NCBI RefSeq assembly: GCF_001598795.1
Contig: NZ_BCZP01000001.1
Location: forward strand, 90,001 to 122,000
Origin: Delftia acidovorans NBRC 14950
Lineage (GTDB): Bacteria; Pseudomonadota; Gammaproteobacteria; Burkholderiales; Burkholderiaceae_C
Length of the DNA stretch: 32,000 bases
Reading direction: 5' to 3'
In this document: positions 10,604 to 18,441 of the stretch, piece by piece
Layout of the letters: the number at the start of each line of letters is the position of its first letter
Numbering within the stretch: position 1 is the first letter of the stretch
Position numbers and translations under genes: made by a program
The notes under the pieces: generated by a model
The model's input: only the letters and a program-made list of their open reading frames with translations
The model's database searches: none
Told to the model about the DNA's origin: nothing

Positions 10604-11467
10604 CTATAAACTTTCATCTTTCAGCCAATCCTTGAGAGGATGGGCCTGCAGATTGCTGCAAACTCTGACATTCCAGGCGCCAGGGGCGTCTTTTAAGTCA
10701 ATCGTTTGCGTCAGTGGTGCAAATACTGCACTTCCTGAGCCCGTCATTCTAGCATGCAGTTTTAGTGAGTTTAGCCAATCGATGGCTTTTTTCACTTCAG
10801 GCTGCAGCCTTTCGGCGACAGGCTGCAAGTCGTTTTGGCCAAAGCCATAGTGATCTGCAGCAAAGTCTTCGATTGTAGCATGGGCATGATCGCGCTTGAG
10901 GGTTGCGTCGCGGAAGATGGACAGGGTCTCCAGCCCCGCCTCGGGCTTGACCACCACGAACCGCTGGGGCGGCAGGGCATTGGCCTGTTCCAGCGGCGTG
11001 ATGTGCTCGCCTATGCCTTCCACCCAGGCGGAGTTGCCGCACAGAAAGAAGGGCACATCGGCGCCCAGGTCCAGTGCAATGCGCTGCAGCTCGCGCCGCG
11101 TCAGGTTCAACTGCCACAGGCGGTTCAGTGCGATCAGGGTCGATGCCGCATCCGACGAGCCCCCGCCCATCCCGGCCTGCGCCGGCAGGCGCTTTTCCAC
11201 GCCGATGTGCACGCCCGCGCTGCAGCCGGTCGCCTGCTGCAGGGCCCGTGCGGCCCGCACGATGAGATCGTCGGCAGGAAGTGCCATGCCCGACAGGTCC
11301 TCGCGGCTGATCTGGCTGTCGCCACGCCTGTCGAAATGCAGCGTGTCATGCCAGTCCAACAGCATGAAGACCGATTGCAGCAGGTGATAGCCATCGGCGC
11401 GGCGGCCGGTGATGTGGAGGAACAGGTTGAGCTTGGCCGGAGCCGGCACGTCGTGGAGCGAGCGCAT
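10604..11467 (-). CDS. ispE: 4-diphosphocytidyl-2-C-methyl-D-erythritol kinase
   Basis: MRSLHDVPAPAKLNLFLHITGRRADGYHLLQSVF..., GHMP-kinase motif PAQAGMGGGSSDAAS, C-terminal MTGSGSAVF. ATG 11467. The upstream 74 codons of the ORF are read-through. Confidence 0.92.
   Translation of the reverse strand: MRSLHDVPAPAKLNLFLHITGRRADGYHLLQSVFMLLDWHDTLHFDRRGDSQISREDLSGMALPADDLIVRAARALQQATGCSAGVHIGVEKRLPAQAGMGGGSSDAASTLIALNRLWQLNLTRRELQRIALDLGADVPFFLCGNSAWVEGIGEHITPLEQANALPPQRFVVVKPEAGLETLSIFRDATLKRDHAHATIEDFAADHYGFGQNDLQPVAERLQPEVKKAIDWLNSLKLHARMTGSGSAVFAPLTQTIDLKDAPGAWNVRVCSNLQAHPLKDWLKDESL
10746..10754 (-). promoter_or_regulatory. Candidate extended -10 element (TGcTAGAAT) inside the 3' end of ispE, oriented toward tRNA-Gln/prs
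   Basis: The reverse complement of 10746-10754 reads TGCTAGAAT. It lies in the low-GC trough of ispE. There is no good -35, and this is motif-only evidence. Confidence 0.25.
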
Positions 11468-11537
11468 GGGCTGGAGAGGATGAAGAAAAAGAGGCAGGTG
11501 CGGCAGCTGGGGATGGAGCAGGCGCGCCTGGCGGAAG

Positions 11538-12086
11538 TCAGGGCGTGTCGAGCACGATGCGCAGCGCGGCCGGCGGCTGTGGGTCATGGCGCCGGGCGAA
11601 CAGGCGGCCCTGCTCCATGCGGGAGAGGTCGACCTGCCAGCCTGCGGCTGCGGTGGCCCGGCCCTGCAGCCAGTCGAACAGGGCGGCAATGGGCAGATCG
11701 CTACCCGTCAGCTCCTGCACCAGTGCGGGCAGCGAGTCCGAGGTCTTGCGCTCCTCGCCTTGTTGCAGGCTTGCCTGACCCGGCTCCCAGAGCAGACGCG
11801 CCAGTGTCGAGCCCAGGGGCGTGAACAGCAGCAGCTCGCCGCGCTGGGGGGTGCCCAGCAGCTCGAAGCCTGCGCTGAAGGATTGGTTTTGCGCATCTTC
11901 CACCTGCAGGGCCAGCCGGCCCGCCCAGTGGCCTGCAGCGGCGGGTGCGGTTGCGTCGGCCTGCAGCTGGCGGGGTGGCAGGGCACAGCCGGCCAGGGCC
12001 AGCAGTGCGGCGGCGGCCGCCGTGGCGCACAGCTGCCGGCGTGCAAGGGCGGGATGCGGCAACCCGGGCACGGCGCGGTGGCTCAA
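11538..12086 (-). CDS. lolB: Outer-membrane lipoprotein LolB
   Basis: Lipoprotein signal with lipobox LLALAGC. Size and position (immediately upstream of ispE) are as in other proteobacteria. The start as drawn is TTG 12086, in a TTGA overlap with the upstream stop; GTG 12071 is an alternative. Confidence 0.8.
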   Translation of the reverse strand: MSHRAVPGLPHPALARRQLCATAAAAALLALAGCALPPRQLQADATAPAAAGHWAGRLALQVEDAQNQSFSAGFELLGTPQRGELLLFTPLGSTLARLLWEPGQASLQQGEERKTSDSLPALVQELTGSDLPIAALFDWLQGRATAAAGWQVDLSRMEQGRLFARRHDPQPPAALRIVLDTP

Positions 12087-13870
12087 AGCGAGACGCCCAG
12101 GCGGCGCAGGGTTTCGCGCAGGGTCGTGTTGTCGGGACTGGTGGCCAGGCCCTGGCGCCAGATCTTCTGCGCGCGTTCGCGATCACCCTTGGCCCAGAGC
12201 ACTTCGCCCAGGTGTGCGGCGATCTCCACGTCGGGGCGTGATGCGTAGGCGCTTTCGAGCAGCCTGAGGGCTTCGTCCAGGTCGCCCCGGCGGAATTTCA
12301 CCCAGGCAAGGCTGTCGGTGATGAAGGGGTCGCCAGGCGACATTTCCAGCGCCTTGCCGACGAGCTTTTCGGCTTCATCCAGATGAATGCCGCGTTCGGC
12401 GAAGGAGTAGCCCAGCGCGTTGTAGGCGTGTTGGAAATCAGGCTGGCGCGCGATGATGCCGCGCAGCAGCCGCTCCATTTCGTCATGCTTGCCAATGCGC
12501 TCCGCCAGCAGGGCGGTGTCATAGGCGAGCTCGGCGTCTTCAGGGTCCTGCTTTTGCAACTCGGCCTGCAGCGCGTAGGCCTGGGCATTCTGATTGGCAT
12601 CGCGCAGCAGCTGCACTTCGGCCAGGCGCTTGAGTCGCTGCTGGCTGGGGCCGCTGGCGGGCACGGCCTCGATGAGGGCGCGGGCTTCCTTGAGCTTGCC
12701 CTGGCGCGCGAGCAGGGCGGCACGGCGCGCCTGCACGCTCAACAGGTTGGGCGCGTCGTCGATGCGGCGCAGCAGGGCGTCGGCCTCGGCGAACTTGCCC
12801 TGCTTTTCTGCAATCTGGGACTGCAGTAGGTAGTACTGGGACTGGGCTGCACTGCGCGCCACACCGGCGGGAATCTGCGGCACGAGCTTGCCAAAGCGCT
12901 CGGTGGACGCCTGGGCTGCATCCACGTCGTTGGATTGCAGCTGCAGCGCGGCCAGCGTGGCCCAGGCTTCGGCGTAGTCGGGGGAATCCACGGTGATGGA
13001 GACCAGCTGCTGGCGGGCCTCGTCCAGGCGCTGCTGGCCCAGCAGCACGCGGGCATAGGCCATGCGCATCTGGGCTGAAGGGTTCTTGGCCAGGTAGCGT
13101 TTGACGATGGGCTCCGCCTCAGGCATGCCGGCTTCCAGCAGCTCCATGGACAGCAGGGCCACGGGGCCGGTATCGGGTGTCAGTGCCTGTGCCTTTTGCA
13201 CGGCCTGCATGGCGGCAGCCTTCTGCCCGGCGCCCAGCCGCATATGGCCGATGGTGGCCCAGGCCAGCGGGCCGCTGGCCGGATTGTCGGTCTCGCCAGC
13301 CATGGCTTGCTCGACCACATCGGCAGCAAGGGCCTTGTCGCTGGCGTTGTTGTAGAGCTGGGTGATGCCCAGGTAGGTGGCGGGCTTGGAGGGCGCAGGC
13401 GTGGCCTCGATCTCGCGCTTGAGATAGCTGCCGGTATCGGCGATGCGGTTCAGTGCCACCAGGATCTGGAGCACGAAGCGGTTGGCGTCGCGGGACTGGG
13501 GAAAGGCGTCCAGCCAGGCGCGGGCATTGGCCAGTGCGCGTTCACCTGAGCGCGACTGCAGCGCCAGCTCGGTGCCGCGCCGGTACAGCTGCTCGCTGCC
13601 GCTGGTGCGTGCGGCCTCCATCATCATGGCCTGGGCGTCGCCCAGCGCACCTTCGCTGGCGGCGATCTCGCCGACCAGGATCTCGTAGAACAGCTCGGCG
13701 TTGAGGGCGGCGCGATCGTCCTCCGCAGAGGCGGCGGCGGACGAGGGAGGTTCGGGGGATTCCGTCTCGATGGTGGCTGCGGTCTTGCCTGGGAGTGCCC
13801 AGGCAGTGGCGGAACCCATGGCCAGGGCTGCTGCCACGGCAAGTCCCTGAAGGCGAAGGCGATGATCCAT
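12083..13870 (-). CDS. Secreted tetratricopeptide-repeat (TPR) protein
   Basis: ATG 13870 gives the signal peptide MDHRLRLQGLAVAAALAMGSATAWA, followed by about 560 aa of repetitive Ala/Leu-rich TPR-like helices. The ORF extension to 14452 overlaps mutM on the other strand and is rejected. Confidence 0.8.
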   Translation of the reverse strand: MDHRLRLQGLAVAAALAMGSATAWALPGKTAATIETESPEPPSSAAASAEDDRAALNAELFYEILVGEIAASEGALGDAQAMMMEAARTSGSEQLYRRGTELALQSRSGERALANARAWLDAFPQSRDANRFVLQILVALNRIADTGSYLKREIEATPAPSKPATYLGITQLYNNASDKALAADVVEQAMAGETDNPASGPLAWATIGHMRLGAGQKAAAMQAVQKAQALTPDTGPVALLSMELLEAGMPEAEPIVKRYLAKNPSAQMRMAYARVLLGQQRLDEARQQLVSITVDSPDYAEAWATLAALQLQSNDVDAAQASTERFGKLVPQIPAGVARSAAQSQYYLLQSQIAEKQGKFAEADALLRRIDDAPNLLSVQARRAALLARQGKLKEARALIEAVPASGPSQQRLKRLAEVQLLRDANQNAQAYALQAELQKQDPEDAELAYDTALLAERIGKHDEMERLLRGIIARQPDFQHAYNALGYSFAERGIHLDEAEKLVGKALEMSPGDPFITDSLAWVKFRRGDLDEALRLLESAYASRPDVEIAAHLGEVLWAKGDRERAQKIWRQGLATSPDNTTLRETLRRLGVSL

Positions 13871-13931
13871 CGAACCATAATAATCGAAGCCCAGACCACA
13901 TTTCGCACAACTACAGCACAACCCGGATCGC

Positions 13932-14762
13932 ATGCCTGAATTGCCAGAAGTAGAAGTCACGCGGCGCGCTTTTGCCGCGCAGATCGCCGGAGCGCGCATT
14001 GAATCCGTGGCCTTGGGCAAGCCCTTGCGCTGGCCGTTGGGCATTGCCCCCCAACTGCTGGCCGGGCGCGATGTGCACGGCGTGCGCCGGCGCGGCAAGT
14101 ATCTGCTGATGGAGCTGAGCGAGGGCCTGCTGATGCTGCACCTGGGCATGTCGGGCAGCCTGCGTTTCGTGGCCCCCCATGAAGCACCGCTGGGGCCTGC
14201 AGGGACGCATGACCATTTCGACCTGCAGACCAGCAAGGGCCTGCTGCGGCTGCACGATCCGCGGCGCTTTGGCGCGGTAATGTATGTGGCGGCCGAGAGC
14301 GATCCCTGGGCGCGCAGGCTGCTGGACCATCTGGGGATGGAGCCGCTGGATGACAGTTTCTCGTTCGAGGCCTTCCGGGCCGGCCTGAAGGCCAGCCGCA
14401 CGCCCATCAAGCAGTTGCTGCTGAACGGCAGCGTGGTCGTGGGCGTGGGCAATATCTATGCGTCCGAGGTGCTGTTCATGGCGCGCATCGCGCCCACGCA
14501 GCCGGCCTGCGAGGTCGGGCCGCGCAAGGTGCGCCGGTTGTTCGAGGAGATCCGCCGCGTGCTGGCCCTGGCGGTGGAGCAGGGCGGCACGACGCTGCGC
14601 GATTTCTCCGCGCCCGATGGCATGGCCGGCCACTTCCAACTGCATGCCAAGGTCTATGGCCGCGAAGGCCTGCCCTGCACGCATTGCGGCTCGCCCGTGC
14701 AAATGCTGCGCCAGGGGCAGCGCAGCACCTACTTCTGCGCGCGGTGCCAGAAGGCGGGATGA
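13932..14762 (+). CDS. mutM: Formamidopyrimidine-DNA glycosylase (Fpg)
   Basis: Canonical N-terminus MPELPEVE (catalytic Pro2/Glu3). C-terminal zinc finger CTHCGSPV...YFCARCQ. Confidence 0.93.
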   Translation: MPELPEVEVTRRAFAAQIAGARIESVALGKPLRWPLGIAPQLLAGRDVHGVRRRGKYLLMELSEGLLMLHLGMSGSLRFVAPHEAPLGPAGTHDHFDLQTSKGLLRLHDPRRFGAVMYVAAESDPWARRLLDHLGMEPLDDSFSFEAFRAGLKASRTPIKQLLLNGSVVVGVGNIYASEVLFMARIAPTQPACEVGPRKVRRLFEEIRRVLALAVEQGGTTLRDFSAPDGMAGHFQLHAKVYGREGLPCTHCGSPVQMLRQGQRSTYFCARCQKAG

Positions 14763-14904
14763 TCGCTTCAAAAAACGGAGCGAATTCTCAACGTCTCGTA
14801 ACGCCTGTTGCGGCTGCATTGCGGCAGGTCCCGCGAAGCATTTGCAAAAAGCGCCTGTTTCTTCAAATTTCAGGCACCAACCGCCGCAGATTGGTGGTGA
14901 AATA

Positions 14905-14933
14905 TTGTTTCATTTGTAAATAAACGATATTTT
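14905..14933 (+). promoter_or_regulatory. Candidate sigma70 promoter (TTGTTT-17 nt-TATTTT) in the AT-rich island upstream of the dynamin-like gene
   Basis: -35 TTGTTT at 14905-14910, 17-nt spacer, -10 TATTTT at 14928-14933. Motif match only. Confidence 0.3.
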
Positions 14934-14998
14934 GTCCTTAATCCCCCCGCTCCAGGGGCCGGCCTTGGGGCGCCGCAGCAGGCAAAACGGGGCGACGG

Positions 14999-15007
14999 TG
15001 CTATATT
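14999..15007 (+). promoter_or_regulatory. Candidate extended -10 promoter element TGcTATATT
   Basis: TG at 14999-15000, TATATT at 15002-15007. This is 23-92 nt upstream of the possible start codons of the dynamin-like gene. Confidence 0.3.
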
Positions 15008-15077
15008 TTGAAGAGAACAGGCATAACGCTTGCGACGCAATGTCGAGGCGATCACTAGGCATCGGCAGACATTGGCG

Positions 15078-17096
15078 ATGCAATGGCGGGGGAAACACGT
15101 GGGACCATCATTCAACGAGCAATTCGACCAGCACGGCGCATGGCGCCGCGGCTTTGCGCAGCAATTGCATGCGCTGCGCGAATGGCTGCAGTCCCAGGAG
15201 CTGCTGGATGTCGCGGTGCAGGAGCGGCTGCAGCGGCTGGAAGCCCAGGTGCGTGGCGACAAGGTCATGGTGGCCTTCGTGGCCGAGTTCTCGCGCGGCA
15301 AGTCCGAGCTGATCAATGCGGTCTTCTTCGCCCACTATGGCCGCCGCCTCATGCCGGCCAGCGCAGGGCGCACGACCATGTGCCCCGCCGAGCTGGGCTG
15401 GGAAGCCGAGCTGCAGCCCAGCCTGCGCCTGCTGCCCATCGATACGCGCGAATCGCTGGAAAGCCTGGGCCAGTGGCGCGCCCGTCCCGAGGCCTGGCTG
15501 CAGCTGCCGCTCGACGTGAACAATGCCCAGCAGATCGCCGACACGCTGGCCAAGGTGGCCGAAGTGCGCAAGGTTTCCGTGGAACTGGCGCGGACCTGGG
15601 GCTTCTGGCATGACGAGGACCAGGGCGGCAATCCCTTCGTGGATGAGCAGGGCCTGGTAGAGGTGCCCATGTGGCGCCATGCGCTGATCAACATGCCCCA
15701 CCCCCTGCTCAAGCAGGGGCTGGTGATTCTGGATACGCCCGGCCTGAATGCCGTGGGCGCCGAGCCCGAGCTGACCGTCAACCTGATCCCCCAGGCCCAT
15801 GCCGTGGTCTTCGTGCTGGCGGCCGATACCGGCGTGACCAAGTCCGATCTGGCCATCTGGCGCGACCATGTGCTGCCGCCCGATGTGGCTTCGGGCCAGC
15901 ATGCGCTGGCCGACTCCCGCCTCGTGGTGCTCAACAAGATAGACACGCTCTGGGACAGCCTGAGTTCCGCGTCGCAGGTGCAGGCCCAACTGCAGCGCCA
16001 GCGCCAGGAGTCGGCACAGATGCTGGGCCTGCCCATGGAGCGGGTGCTGCCCGTGTCGGCGCAAAAGGGCCTGGTGGCCAAGGTCTCCAGCAACGATGCG
16101 CTGCTGCAGGCCAGCGGACTGCCCGTTTTCGAGAACATGCTGGCCGAGGGCATCATGGGCCAGCGCCAGAAGGTGCTGCAGACGGCCGTCAGGGCCAATG
16201 TGCAGCAGTTGCAGGTCGAGGTGGAGCGCGTGCTCAACATCCGCCGCCGCGACCTGGACGACCAGATGGCCGAGCTGCGCAGCCTGCGCGGCAAGAATGC
16301 CAGCGTCATCGCCTCCATGCGCCACCGCATCGAGAGCGAGCAGCAGGATTTCGATGCCAGCGCCGCCAGGATCCAGGCCGTTCGGCTGGTGCACATGCGC
16401 ATGCTGCGCGACATCTTCCGCCAGCTGGGCTCCAGCGCGCTCAAGCAGGAACTGGTCGATCTCAAGGATGCGCTGGAGCAGCGCGGCCTGAAGCTGGGCG
16501 CCCGCAAGGTCTATGCCGAAACCTTCGAGCGCCTGCGTACCGTGGCGACCCGGGCGCAGGCGCAGGCCGGAGAGATCCAGTCCATGCTAGGCGCGACCTT
16601 CAAGGAACTCAATGCCGAGTTTGGCTTCTCGCTGCAGGCTCCGGCCCAGCTGGAACTGGCCGAGTTCGGCGGCGACCTGCAGCGCATCGAGGCCAGCTAT
16701 ACCCAGTACCTGGGCCTGGGTCATGCGCTCAGGCGCAGCAATCCTGCGTTTGCGCAGCGCCTGATCAAGGCGCTGGCGATGCGGTTGCGCACGGTGTTCG
16801 AGTCTGCGGCCAACGACGTGGACATGTGGAGCAAATCCGCCACGGCCCAGCTCGATGCCCAATTGAAGGAGCGCAAGCGCAGCTTTGCCCGCCGCATCGA
16901 AGCGGTGGACCGCATACAGAATGCGGCCTCGGGCCTGGTGGAACGCATTGCCGAGATCGAGACCGCTGACGAACAGCTCACGGCCTTGCAGCTGCAGCTG
17001 GGGCAGGCCACCATGGAACTGCTGCAACCCCTGTCGCCCACGCCTGCCTTCCCCGGCCTGGCAAAGGCTGCACAGGAAACCTCACTGACTGCTTGA
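15078..17096 (+). CDS. Dynamin-family (bacterial dynamin-like) GTPase
   Basis: G1 AEFSRGKS (15282-15305), G2-like GRTT, G3 DTPG, G4 NKID. A long, charged, helical C-terminal half follows, with no hydrophobic segment visible. The start is uncertain: TTG 15030 (longest), ATG 15078, or GTG 15099, which has GGGGGA 5 nt upstream. Stop TGA at 17094-17096. Confidence 0.85.
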   Translation: MQWRGKHVGPSFNEQFDQHGAWRRGFAQQLHALREWLQSQELLDVAVQERLQRLEAQVRGDKVMVAFVAEFSRGKSELINAVFFAHYGRRLMPASAGRTTMCPAELGWEAELQPSLRLLPIDTRESLESLGQWRARPEAWLQLPLDVNNAQQIADTLAKVAEVRKVSVELARTWGFWHDEDQGGNPFVDEQGLVEVPMWRHALINMPHPLLKQGLVILDTPGLNAVGAEPELTVNLIPQAHAVVFVLAADTGVTKSDLAIWRDHVLPPDVASGQHALADSRLVVLNKIDTLWDSLSSASQVQAQLQRQRQESAQMLGLPMERVLPVSAQKGLVAKVSSNDALLQASGLPVFENMLAEGIMGQRQKVLQTAVRANVQQLQVEVERVLNIRRRDLDDQMAELRSLRGKNASVIASMRHRIESEQQDFDASAARIQAVRLVHMRMLRDIFRQLGSSALKQELVDLKDALEQRGLKLGARKVYAETFERLRTVATRAQAQAGEIQSMLGATFKELNAEFGFSLQAPAQLELAEFGGDLQRIEASYTQYLGLGHALRRSNPAFAQRLIKALAMRLRTVFESAANDVDMWSKSATAQLDAQLKERKRSFARRIEAVDRIQNAASGLVERIAEIETADEQLTALQLQLGQATMELLQPLSPTPAFPGLAKAAQETSLTA

Positions 17097-17100
17097 TATC

Positions 17101-18177
17101 TTGACCTTTCCCTCGATTGCCACGCCCGTCGTGCAGTGGCAGGCGTCGCATGGACGCAATCACCTGCCCTGGCAGCAGACGCGCGATCCCTACCGCGTCT
17201 GGCTCTCCGAAATCATGCTGCAGCAGACCCAGGTGAGTACCGTGCTGGGCTACTACCAGCGCTTTCTCGATGCCTTCCCCGATGTCGCCAGCCTGGCGGC
17301 CGCACCGCAGGACGCGGTGCTGGCGCTGTGGAGCGGCCTGGGCTACTACAGCCGTGCGCGCAACCTGCACCGCTGTGCCCAGGCCGTGGTCGAGGACTGG
17401 GGTGGTGCCTTTCCCGGCAGGGCCGAGGATCTGGCCACGCTGCCGGGCATAGGCCGGTCCACGGCGGGCGCCATCGCCTCCTTTTGCTTTTCCGAGCGTG
17501 TGCCCATCCTCGATGCCAACGTGCGGCGCGTGCTCACACGCGTGCTGGCTTTCGATGCGGATCTGGCTGTTGCCAGGAATGAGCGCGAACTGTGGGACCT
17601 GGCCCAGCAGCTGTGCCCCACCGAGGGCCTGCAGCAGGCCATGCCCCGCTATACCCAGGGCCTGATGGACCTGGGTGCCACCATCTGCACGCCGCGCAAG
17701 CCCAGCTGTCTGGTCTGTCCGCTGCAGCCGCAGTGCCGCGCGGCGCGCTTTGGCAATCCCGAAAACTATCCCGTGCGAACGCGCAAGCTCAAGCGCAGTT
17801 CCGAGGCCTGGTGGCTGCTGATCGCCGTGGACGGGCAGGGCCGCGTCTGGCTGGAGCGCCGTCCTCAGCAGGGCATATGGGCAGGGCTTTATGCGCCGCC
17901 CGTGTTCAACGGGCGCGAGGCGCTGGAGCAGGCGGTGGCACAGCACTGGCCGGGAACGGCGCTCCTGGACTGGACCGATCTGCCTGCCTTCCTGCATGTG
18001 CTCACCCACCGCGATCTGCACCTGCATCCGGTGCGCGTGCGCGTGCGCGTGCAGGGCGGCGGCCTCGATGCCGCCACGCCGGACGGCCAGGGCTGCTGGG
18101 CCGATGCCGGAGCCTGGGCCGACATGGGCCTGCCAGCCCCGGTACGCAAGCTGCTGGATGCGCAATTTGCGGGCTGA
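17101..18177 (+). CDS. mutY: A/G-specific adenine DNA glycosylase
   Basis: HLPWQQTRDPYRVWLSEIMLQQTQV, HhH-GPD region LPGIGRSTAGAI, [4Fe-4S] cluster loop CTPRKPSCLVCPLQPQC, C-terminal MutT-like domain. The start must be non-ATG (TTG 17101 as drawn). Confidence 0.9.
   Translation: MTFPSIATPVVQWQASHGRNHLPWQQTRDPYRVWLSEIMLQQTQVSTVLGYYQRFLDAFPDVASLAAAPQDAVLALWSGLGYYSRARNLHRCAQAVVEDWGGAFPGRAEDLATLPGIGRSTAGAIASFCFSERVPILDANVRRVLTRVLAFDADLAVARNERELWDLAQQLCPTEGLQQAMPRYTQGLMDLGATICTPRKPSCLVCPLQPQCRAARFGNPENYPVRTRKLKRSSEAWWLLIAVDGQGRVWLERRPQQGIWAGLYAPPVFNGREALEQAVAQHWPGTALLDWTDLPAFLHVLTHRDLHLHPVRVRVRVQGGGLDAATPDGQGCWADAGAWADMGLPAPVRKLLDAQFAG
18031..18048 (+). repeat. In-frame hexanucleotide repeat (GTGCGC)x3 inside mutY, encoding VRVRVR
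   Basis: Read directly: gtgcgc gtgcgc gtgcgc, followed by gtgcag. Confidence 0.9.
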
Positions 18178-18198
18178 GGCCACGGCCGGCCCGGCTGG

Positions 18199-18441
18199 CT
18201 AGAACCTGCGGCGCGGCAGCAGCAGGGCGCATCGCAGCAGCATCCAGGCCAGCCACTGTTCCCGTGCGCCGGGCGTGCGCCTGGCGCGTGCGGTGGCGTC
18301 GGCAATGTGCAGGCGCAGGGAGCCAAGGGCATGGCGGTCCCCGCTTTGCACGGCCTGTTGCCAGGCCTGCTCGCAGCGCTGGCGCTCCAGCGCCTGATTG
18401 TCCGGGCTGCGGATATCGCTGATGGCGGTGATGGTGCTCAT
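18199..18441 (-). CDS. Hypothetical small protein (80 aa), translationally coupled to creD
   Basis: Its ATG overlaps the creD stop in an ATGA (18438-18441). By hand count about 69 of 80 codons end in G/C, as in the real genes here. It has a polar N-terminal half and a hydrophobic C-terminal stretch, WLAWMLLRCALLLP. I recognise no family. Confidence 0.5.
   Translation of the reverse strand: MSTITAISDIRSPDNQALERQRCEQAWQQAVQSGDRHALGSLRLHIADATARARRTPGAREQWLAWMLLRCALLLPRRRF

Noticed and set aside
15030-17096. Dynamin-like GTPase as an anti-phage defence gene (Eleos/LeoA-type dynamin system).
   Set aside because: - Only a single dynamin-family gene is present, with no LeoBC-like partner or second DLP.
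- It sits between core repair genes with no mobile-element or defence-island context.
- Its composition matches the surroundings.
- A housekeeping or DNA-related role seems more likely.
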